NCBI GenBank assembly: GCA_965243025.1
Contig: CBDETY010000003.1
Location: 2,560,001-2,624,000 of the forward strand
Origin: Candidatus Latescibacterota bacterium
Lineage (GTDB): Bacteria > Latescibacterota > UBA2968 > UBA8231
Length of the DNA stretch: 64,000 nucleotides
Reading direction: 5' to 3'
The notes below the pieces were generated by a model that was not told the DNA's origin, did not search any database, and saw only the letters and a program-made list of their open reading frames with translations. The position numbers and the translations under genes were made by a program. This document shows positions 57,507-64,000 of this stretch, piece by piece (within the stretch, counting starts at the first letter, position 1; each line of letters begins with the position of its first letter).

Positions 57507-58256
57507 ATGGCGGAACTGTCCGACATTCAGAACGAAATAATCCGCTTCGAGATCGAGGAATACGTGGAGCGGCCCGACGAGATCGAGCGCAGCGTCGAGC
57601 TGTTCGCCGCGGCGCGGCCGCTGATGCAGGATATCGCCGCGGCCCTGGTCGAGGGCGAGCACGAGACCGTGGACCAGCTTTCCAGACAGGCCCTGGACGA
57701 GGGCATCGAGGCGCTCGAAATCATGGACGACGGCCTCATCGCCGGCATGGGCATAGTCGGCATCAAGTTCCGCGAGAACTTCATCTTCGTGCCCGAGGTG
57801 CTCTCATGCGCCCGCGCCATGAAGGCCGGAATGGCCCACATCGAGCCTATCCTGTCGGCCTCGGGCGTGGAGAGCGCCGGCATGGTGATCATGGGGACCG
57901 TCAAGGGAGACCTCCACGACATCGGCAAGAACCTCTGCATCATGATGCTCAGGGGAGCCGGCTTCGAGGTCATCGACCTAGGCGTCGACACCTCCGAGGA
58001 CGAGTTCATCGACGCCGTGGAGGAGCACGGAGCGCCGCTGATGGGGATGTCGGCGCTGCTTACCACGACGATGCCGAACATGGGCAAGACCATCGAGGCG
58101 TTCATCGACGCCGACCTGCGGGACGACGTGCAGATCATGGTCGGCGGAGCGCCGGTAACCCAGGAGTTCGCCGACGACATGGGGGCCGACGGCTACGGCA
58201 AGGACGCCCTGGCCTGCGTCGCCCTCGCCAAGGAGCTGGCCGCCGCGAAGGCCTGA
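57507..58256 (+). CDS. Corrinoid (B12-binding) protein
   Basis: FVPEV cap, GDLHDIGKN, SALLTT, GGA. Confidence 0.95.
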   Translation: MAELSDIQNEIIRFEIEEYVERPDEIERSVELFAAARPLMQDIAAALVEGEHETVDQLSRQALDEGIEALEIMDDGLIAGMGIVGIKFRENFIFVPEVLSCARAMKAGMAHIEPILSASGVESAGMVIMGTVKGDLHDIGKNLCIMMLRGAGFEVIDLGVDTSEDEFIDAVEEHGAPLMGMSALLTTTMPNMGKTIEAFIDADLRDDVQIMVGGAPVTQEFADDMGADGYGKDALACVALAKELAAAKA

Positions 58257-58267
58257 GCGGAGGCACG

Positions 58268-58585
58268 ATGCGCAAGATCACCCAGGAGGAGTACCAGCAG
58301 CGCCTCGACCGCATCGCCGGGCTGTTCGCCGACATGGTCTCTCACGCCGACGAGCAGTCCCGCAACCGCTGCCCCTACCGCAACCGCCACGACGAGTGCA
58401 CGGCGAAGATCCGCTGCCGCAACCAGCTGCCGGCGCGCTCCGAGGGGTCTCCGCTCATCTGCGGCCACGACGGCAGTTTCGACTACCGCGACGCCTGGGA
58501 CTCCGATCCCGGTGCCGTCGAGAAGGCCCGCGACAAGGTGTCCCGCATCAGGAAAACGGCCGGGGAGCGCCGCCGGGACGGGTGA
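58268..58585 (+). CDS. Small four-Cys hypothetical protein
   Basis: GGAGG RBS; CPYR...CTA...CRNQ...CGHD. Confidence 0.8.
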   Translation: MRKITQEEYQQRLDRIAGLFADMVSHADEQSRNRCPYRNRHDECTAKIRCRNQLPARSEGSPLICGHDGSFDYRDAWDSDPGAVEKARDKVSRIRKTAGERRRDG

Positions 58586-58586
58586 C

Positions 58587-60251
58587 ATGGCCACGGTGAT
58601 TCACGATCAGGTGCGGACCGAGCTCACTCCCGGCAGGACGATCTTCGACTACGCCGACGAGCTCGCCGTGCAGGTGCCTACCTCCTGCTACCGCACCGGC
58701 CACTGCCACGAGTGCGTGGTCGAGATCAGGAGCGGCATCGAGGCCCTGGCGCCGCCGACGGAGGCCGAGTCCTTCCTGCGCGAAAACTACCGCCTCGCCT
58801 GCCAGGCCGAGATTGTCCGCGACGACGTCGACGTCGAGTTCGCCCCCCTGCGGCGGACGCCGAAGATCCTGACCGCGGGCGTCGAGAAGAGGGTCCCTCT
58901 CGACCCGGTGGTGACGCGCCGGGGCAACGAGGTGCTCTACGACGGCGAGCCGGTCGACACCTGGCGCGGGCACCTCTACGGAATGGCGGTCGATCTCGGC
59001 ACCACCACGGTGGTGATGCAGCTGATCGACCTGGAGACGGGGGCGACGGTCTCGGTCAGCTCCTTCGAGAACCCCCAGCGCTTCGGCGGCAGCGACATCA
59101 TGCACCGCATTTCCTACGACGGCGGGGAATTCACGGGGGAACTGCAGCGGTCCCTGGCCAACGCAATCAGCCACGAGATCGTCGAGCTCGGCAGGCGCCT
59201 CGGGTTCGCGCGCCAGGAGATCTACGAGATCGTCGTCGCCGGCAACTCGACGATGCGCGACCTGCTGTTCAAGCTCGACGTGCAGAGCATCGGCCAGAAG
59301 CCGTACAAGTCGCTGATCGAGCACGACTTCCTCGAGGGCAACAGGCCGACCACCGCCCTGGTCGCCGACGCGCGCCGCCTCGGACTGCGCGCCAACCTGC
59401 GCACCAGGGTCTACGGCATGCCGCTGATCGCCAGCCACGTCGGCGCCGACACGGCCGCGGCCATCGCCGCCTGCGGCCTCGACCGCGACGCCGGCGAGGC
59501 GGCCATGATCGTCGATGTCGGCACCAACACCGAGGTCGTCGTCGCCGGCCGGGGCCGCATGCTGACCGCCTCCTGCCCGGCCGGCCCCGCCTTCGAGGGA
59601 GGGCTCGTCAAGTTCGGAATGCCGGGATACGAGGGGGCGATCGAATCGCTGCGCATCGCCCCCAACGGCAGCGGTGAGTTCCGGTACTCGACCATCGGCG
59701 GACTGCCGCCCCAGGGGATCTGCGGCTCCGGGCTGATCGACCTCCTCGCCGAGCTGCGGCGCCGCGGGCGGATGACGGAAATGGGGGTCTTCGGGGACAG
59801 GAAGCAGCGGGAGATGACCCTGATCCCCGAGCACGGCATCACCTTTTCGCGCGAGGACGCCAGCAACCTCGCGCAGGCCAAGGCGGCCAACTACTGCGGC
59901 CAGTTCATAACCCTGCGCGCCTTCGGGGTCGATCCCCGCGACGTCTCCAGGCTCTACCTCGCCGGAGGTTTCGCCAACTACATCGACGTCGACAACGCCA
60001 TCGACATCGGCTTCCTCGCCCCGGTGCCGCGGCAGCGCATCGCCAAGGTCGGAAACGCCGCGGTCCAGGGGGCCCGGGAGGTGCTGCTCAACCGCCGGCG
60101 GCGCGCCGGGATCGAAGCGCTCGTCCGCGACGTCGAACACCTCGAGCTCGAGACGACCCCCGACTTCTTCGAGGTCTTCGTCGAGGGCTGCCAGTTCAAG
60201 CCGATGCCGGCGCGCCTGGCCCCGGCCGCTGCGAAGGCCTTAGAACGGTGA
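58587..60251 (+). CDS. Reductive activator of corrinoid (RACo/DUF4445, ASKHA) with a 2Fe-2S domain
   Basis: SC...CHEC...RLAC, DLGTTT, DVGTNTE, AGPAFEG, GICGSG. Confidence 0.93.
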   Translation: MATVIHDQVRTELTPGRTIFDYADELAVQVPTSCYRTGHCHECVVEIRSGIEALAPPTEAESFLRENYRLACQAEIVRDDVDVEFAPLRRTPKILTAGVEKRVPLDPVVTRRGNEVLYDGEPVDTWRGHLYGMAVDLGTTTVVMQLIDLETGATVSVSSFENPQRFGGSDIMHRISYDGGEFTGELQRSLANAISHEIVELGRRLGFARQEIYEIVVAGNSTMRDLLFKLDVQSIGQKPYKSLIEHDFLEGNRPTTALVADARRLGLRANLRTRVYGMPLIASHVGADTAAAIAACGLDRDAGEAAMIVDVGTNTEVVVAGRGRMLTASCPAGPAFEGGLVKFGMPGYEGAIESLRIAPNGSGEFRYSTIGGLPPQGICGSGLIDLLAELRRRGRMTEMGVFGDRKQREMTLIPEHGITFSREDASNLAQAKAANYCGQFITLRAFGVDPRDVSRLYLAGGFANYIDVDNAIDIGFLAPVPRQRIAKVGNAAVQGAREVLLNRRRRAGIEALVRDVEHLELETTPDFFEVFVEGCQFKPMPARLAPAAAKALER

Positions 60252-61945
60252 GCACGTCGACGGCAGCGGCCGGTCCCTGGAACAAGCGCTCGCTGCGCCA
60301 CCTGCTCGAGCGCACCGGCGAGTTCGCCACCGTCGTCGAGCTGGTCAACTCGCGCGGCGTCATCACCGAGCGCGGCGGCAGCAAGGTGATGCAGCTGGCG
60401 CGCGGCCTCGCCGACCTGCCGGGGATCCACGCCCTGAGCATCACCGACAACCCGGGCGGCAACGCCGTCCTCAGCGCCGACACCCTCGGCTTCGACCTGC
60501 TGTCGCGGGGGCAGGACGTCATCATCCACCTCTCCTGCAAGGACTGGAACCGCAACGGCCTGCAGAGCCACGCCTGGCAGCTGGCCAGCGAGGGGTTCGA
60601 GAGCATCCTCGCCCTGTCCGGGGACTACCCGGCCGACGGCTACAGCGGCCGCGCCAGCGGCGTCTTCGACATCGACTCGGTCGGCCTCCTCAAGATGCTC
60701 TCCGACATGAACCAGGGACTGGAGACGCGGACTCCCAGGGGCCGCCGGGCGCGCATGAAACGGACCGACTTCTTCCTCGGGGCCGTCGTCAACAACTACA
60801 AGCGCCACGAGCGCGAGGTCATGCCCCAGTACTTCAAGCTCGCCGCCAAGGCCGCCGCCGGGGCCGCCTTCGTCATCAACCAGATCGGCTACAACGCCCG
60901 CAAGATGGACGAGCTGATCAAGTACATGGCGCTCAAGGGGATGGACGTTCCGGTGCTCGCCAACGTCTACGTCCTCAGCGGGCCGGCGGCGCGCTACTTC
61001 CACGCCGGCCGCATCCCCGGGGTGGTGGTCTCGGACGAGCTGCTCGCCGAGGTCGAGAGGCACGCCCGCGGCAGGGACAAGGGCAAGGGGTTCCTCCTCG
61101 AGTTCGCCGCCAGGCAGTGCGCCGTCGCCCGCGGCCTCGGCTACCGCGGCGCCTACCTCGGAGGCCACCTCAAACAGGATGATTACGCGCGCATCCTCGA
61201 GCTGACCGCCTCCTTCGGCGACGGCGACTGGCGGGACTTCGCCGCCGACTTCCGCTACGGTTTCCCGGACGAGTTCCACTTCTTCGAGGCCGACCCGGAG
61301 ACCGGTCTCTCCTCGACGGAGATCAACCGCGAGTACGAGGCTTCGCGAACCCCCCGGGCCCGGCGCGCCCTGCGCCGCAAGGTGCCGCTTGCCTACAAGC
61401 TCAACCGGGCCGCCCACGAGGTCCTGTTCGAGCCGGACCGCCCGGCGTTCAGGGCCGGGGAAAAGCTGTTCGCAGCCGCCGAGAAGAAGGAGGGAGCGCG
61501 CAGGCTGCTTCACGCCGCCGAGCAGGCGGTAAAAGTGCCGGCCTTCGACTGCCGCGACTGCGGCGACTGCTCGCTGCCGGACATCGCCTTCCTCTGCCCG
61601 GAGTCGCAGTGCGTCAAGAACCAGCGCAACGGCCCCTGCGGGGGAACCCGCGACGGCAAGTGCGAGGTCGGCGAGAAGGAGTGCATCTGGGCGCGGGCCT
61701 ACGATCGCCTGAAAGCCTACGGCGAGGAGGAAGCGATGCTCGAGCGGCCGGTCGTCTACCGCAACGGCACCCTCGAAGGGACCAGCGCCTGGGGCAACAC
61801 CTTCCTCGGGCGCGACCACCACGCCGCGAACCCTTCGGGTTCGTGCCGGGAACAGCGAAGCCGTTCCCCTGAAACGCTCGAAGAGGGTTCCGCGAACCAC
61901 TCCGGGCCGCGGGCGGAAAAACCTTTCACGGAAAAAAGCGAATGA
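60248..61945 (+). CDS. metF: Methylenetetrahydrofolate reductase, MetF with fused C-terminal MetV
   Basis: ITDNPGG, CKDWNR, SGD; CRDCGDC...CP...C.K..NGPCGG. Confidence 0.9.
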   Translation: MSTSTAAAGPWNKRSLRHLLERTGEFATVVELVNSRGVITERGGSKVMQLARGLADLPGIHALSITDNPGGNAVLSADTLGFDLLSRGQDVIIHLSCKDWNRNGLQSHAWQLASEGFESILALSGDYPADGYSGRASGVFDIDSVGLLKMLSDMNQGLETRTPRGRRARMKRTDFFLGAVVNNYKRHEREVMPQYFKLAAKAAAGAAFVINQIGYNARKMDELIKYMALKGMDVPVLANVYVLSGPAARYFHAGRIPGVVVSDELLAEVERHARGRDKGKGFLLEFAARQCAVARGLGYRGAYLGGHLKQDDYARILELTASFGDGDWRDFAADFRYGFPDEFHFFEADPETGLSSTEINREYEASRTPRARRALRRKVPLAYKLNRAAHEVLFEPDRPAFRAGEKLFAAAEKKEGARRLLHAAEQAVKVPAFDCRDCGDCSLPDIAFLCPESQCVKNQRNGPCGGTRDGKCEVGEKECIWARAYDRLKAYGEEEAMLERPVVYRNGTLEGTSAWGNTFLGRDHHAANPSGSCREQRSRSPETLEEGSANHSGPRAEKPFTEKSE

Positions 61946-63018
61946 AGCTGCAGGACCCCGATCTCGATTTCATCATCATCGGCGAGAACATCCACACCAC
62001 GCGGGTGGTGATGCGCCGCGGCAAGCTCGTGACCGCCGACCCCGACGGCCGCGAAGCGGTGCGTTACACCTCCGCCGCGGGGGAACGCCGCCACCTCGTG
62101 ATCCCCGAGGCGGTGAAGCGCACCCAGGATTACGAGGAGGGGCGCGTCAAGCACGTCAAGATCGCCCTGCAGGCAGCGATGGCCGGCGGCGGCGAAGCGG
62201 CTGCCGAGGGGATGCAGTACCTCCAGCGGCTGATCCAGCGCCAGGAACAGGGGGGGGCCGACTTCCTCGACCTCAACGTCGACGAGATCTCGCTGAAGCT
62301 CGAAGAGCAGAAAGAGGCGATGGCCTGGCTCGTGCGCACGGTTCAGGGCATGACCGGTGTTCCGGTCTCCGTCGATTCCTCCAACGTCGAGACCATCGCC
62401 ACCGGCCTGGAGGAGTGCGACCAATCGAAGGGCAGGCCGCTGCTCAACTCCGCCTCGCTCGAGCGCATCGAGGCCCTCGATCTCGCCGTCGAGCACGGCG
62501 CCGGCGTCATCGTCACCGCGGCCGGCGATTCCGGAATGCCGGAGAGCGCCGGGGAGCGCATCGACAATGCCTCGCGCATGGTGGATGCGGCTTTCGAGAG
62601 AGGGATCGCCGACAGCGACATCTACATCGACCCGCTGATCTTCCCGATCTCGGTGGACGGCCGCTTCGGGATCCACAGCTTCGACGCCATCCGCGGCCTG
62701 CGCGAGAAGTACGGCCCCCGCATCCACATCACCGGGGGGATGAGCAACGTCTCCTTCGGCATCCCGAGCCGCAAGTGGATCAACGACGTCTTCATGGTCC
62801 TCGCGGTCGAGGCCGGGGCCGACAGCGGCATCATAGATCCGGTGACCAGCCGGCCGGACAAGGTGTTCGCCCTCGACCGCGGCTCGCGTCCCTACCGGCT
62901 GGCCGAGGAGGTGCTGATGGGCCGGGACGAGCACTGCGCCGGGTACATCCGCGCCTGGCGCCAGGGGGAGCTCGGGGACGGCGGCCCCCGGCGGCGCCGG
63001 CCGCGGCCGGGGAAATGA
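61942..63018 (+). CDS. Methyltetrahydrofolate:corrinoid methyltransferase (pterin-binding, AcsE-like)
   Basis: IIGENI, LDLN, SVDSS, LNS, IDP, GMSNVSFG. Confidence 0.9.
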   Translation: MKLQDPDLDFIIIGENIHTTRVVMRRGKLVTADPDGREAVRYTSAAGERRHLVIPEAVKRTQDYEEGRVKHVKIALQAAMAGGGEAAAEGMQYLQRLIQRQEQGGADFLDLNVDEISLKLEEQKEAMAWLVRTVQGMTGVPVSVDSSNVETIATGLEECDQSKGRPLLNSASLERIEALDLAVEHGAGVIVTAAGDSGMPESAGERIDNASRMVDAAFERGIADSDIYIDPLIFPISVDGRFGIHSFDAIRGLREKYGPRIHITGGMSNVSFGIPSRKWINDVFMVLAVEAGADSGIIDPVTSRPDKVFALDRGSRPYRLAEEVLMGRDEHCAGYIRAWRQGELGDGGPRRRRPRPGK

Positions 63019-64000
63019 AACCGCTTCTCGAGCGCCTGGAGGAAGGCCCCCTGCTCTACGACGGGGCCTTCGGCACCGAGCTGTTCGCCCGCGGCATCGA
63101 GCTGCCGAACAGCGCCGTGGCCAACCAGCTGCACCCGGACGCCGTCGTCGACATCCACCGCAGCTACATCGAGGCGGGCGCCGGGATGATCCACGCCAAC
63201 ACCTTCGTCGGCTCGCCTCTTCACCTCGAGATGGCCGATCCCGAAGCGGACGCAGGGCGCATCGCCGCCCTCGCCGCCTCCCACGCCCGCCGCGCCGTTG
63301 CCGAGTCGGGGCGGGACGTCTACGTCGCCGGCAGTATCGGGCCCTCCCCGGGCGCCATCGAGGCGGATGCCGGCGACACCGACTTCGGCATCCCGGACGC
63401 CAAGGTCCGCGACGCCCACCGGCGGGTGGCCGGGGCCCTCGCCGAGGGCGGGGTCGACCTCTTCGTCATCGAGACGATGTTCTCCGCCAACGAAGCGGCG
63501 ATCGCCGTCGACGTGGCGCGCCGCTTCGGGCTTCCGGTCGCCCTGTGCCTGACCTACAAGTACACCCGGGACCGCACCACCCGGGAGATCGTCTACCGGA
63601 CCGACTGGGGCCACTCCGCGGAGGATTTGCTCGAGATCCTCGCCTCGGGGGAGCTCTCCGGCGGCGACGACCTCCTCGAGTCGGTCGACCTGCTCGGGCT
63701 GAACTGCGGCGCCGAGCAGCGGCGCCGCGAGCACACCGGCATGCCGTACGCCCTGCTCGGAATCGAGCAGCTCAACGCGGCGATGGACGCCCGGGGCATG
63801 GCCCGCAAGAAGACGATCGCCTACCCGAACGCCGGCATGCCCCGGCTCGACGAGCAGCAGCGCACCGTGTACTCGCAGTCGCCGGAAGAGATGGCGGGGG
63901 AGGTCCCCGCCCTGCTCGCGGCCGGGGCCGCGGTCGTCGGAGGGTGCTGCGGGACCGGACCGGACCATATCCGCGGGTTCGCCGCAGCCATGGACGGGGA
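63015..64000 (+). CDS. Homocysteine S-methyltransferase domain protein (split MetH-like), runs off the window
   Basis: Hand-translated: YDGAFGTEL, ANTF, GSIGP, IETM, LNCG, YPNAG, GGCCGT. Confidence 0.92.
   Translation, partial: MKPLLERLEEGPLLYDGAFGTELFARGIELPNSAVANQLHPDAVVDIHRSYIEAGAGMIHANTFVGSPLHLEMADPEADAGRIAALAASHARRAVAESGRDVYVAGSIGPSPGAIEADAGDTDFGIPDAKVRDAHRRVAGALAEGGVDLFVIETMFSANEAAIAVDVARRFGLPVALCLTYKYTRDRTTREIVYRTDWGHSAEDLLEILASGELSGGDDLLESVDLLGLNCGAEQRRREHTGMPYALLGIEQLNAAMDARGMARKKTIAYPNAGMPRLDEQQRTVYSQSPEEMAGEVPALLAAGAAVVGGCCGTGPDHIRGFAAAMDG

Overview
This is a high-GC, gene-dense bacterial chromosomal segment from a diderm (LptE-like lipoprotein, DsbD, CtpA). Repeated PhyH dioxygenases, mandelate-racemase enolases, PLP enzymes and a PKD-domain secreted protein resemble Candidatus Latescibacterota/Poribacteria-type heterotrophs; this taxonomy is inference only. 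Layout: 1-19.2 kb is an accessory catabolic tract ending at tRNA-Thr(TGT). 19.4-29.7 kb holds a RidA-like gene, pgi, a LysR gene facing a divergent archaeal-type short PurA homologue, and a FAH/VOC/SRPBCC/NCS2-fusion/YciI cluster. 29.7-55 kb is mostly housekeeping and envelope genes (GT2, MetE-like, dsbD, aroA, rarA, cvpA, transporters, M23, ctpA, lipA, GHL10). 55.7-64 kb is a FadR-controlled corrinoid methyl-transfer operon (MtaA/CmuA, corrinoid protein, RACo, MetF-MetV, MeTr, Hcy methyltransferase, two orphan Cys/His proteins). Best leads: (1) that operon, which has no recognisable substrate-specific MT1 in view; (2) a PhyH with an HxG, halogenase-like motif upstream of twin class-V PLP enzymes; (3) the divergent PurA paralogue; (4) an NCS2 transporter with degenerate binding motifs fused to a GHKL-like domain. 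No CRISPR, rRNA, integrase or reverse transcriptase was seen. All calls come from reading motifs by eye; no database search was run.
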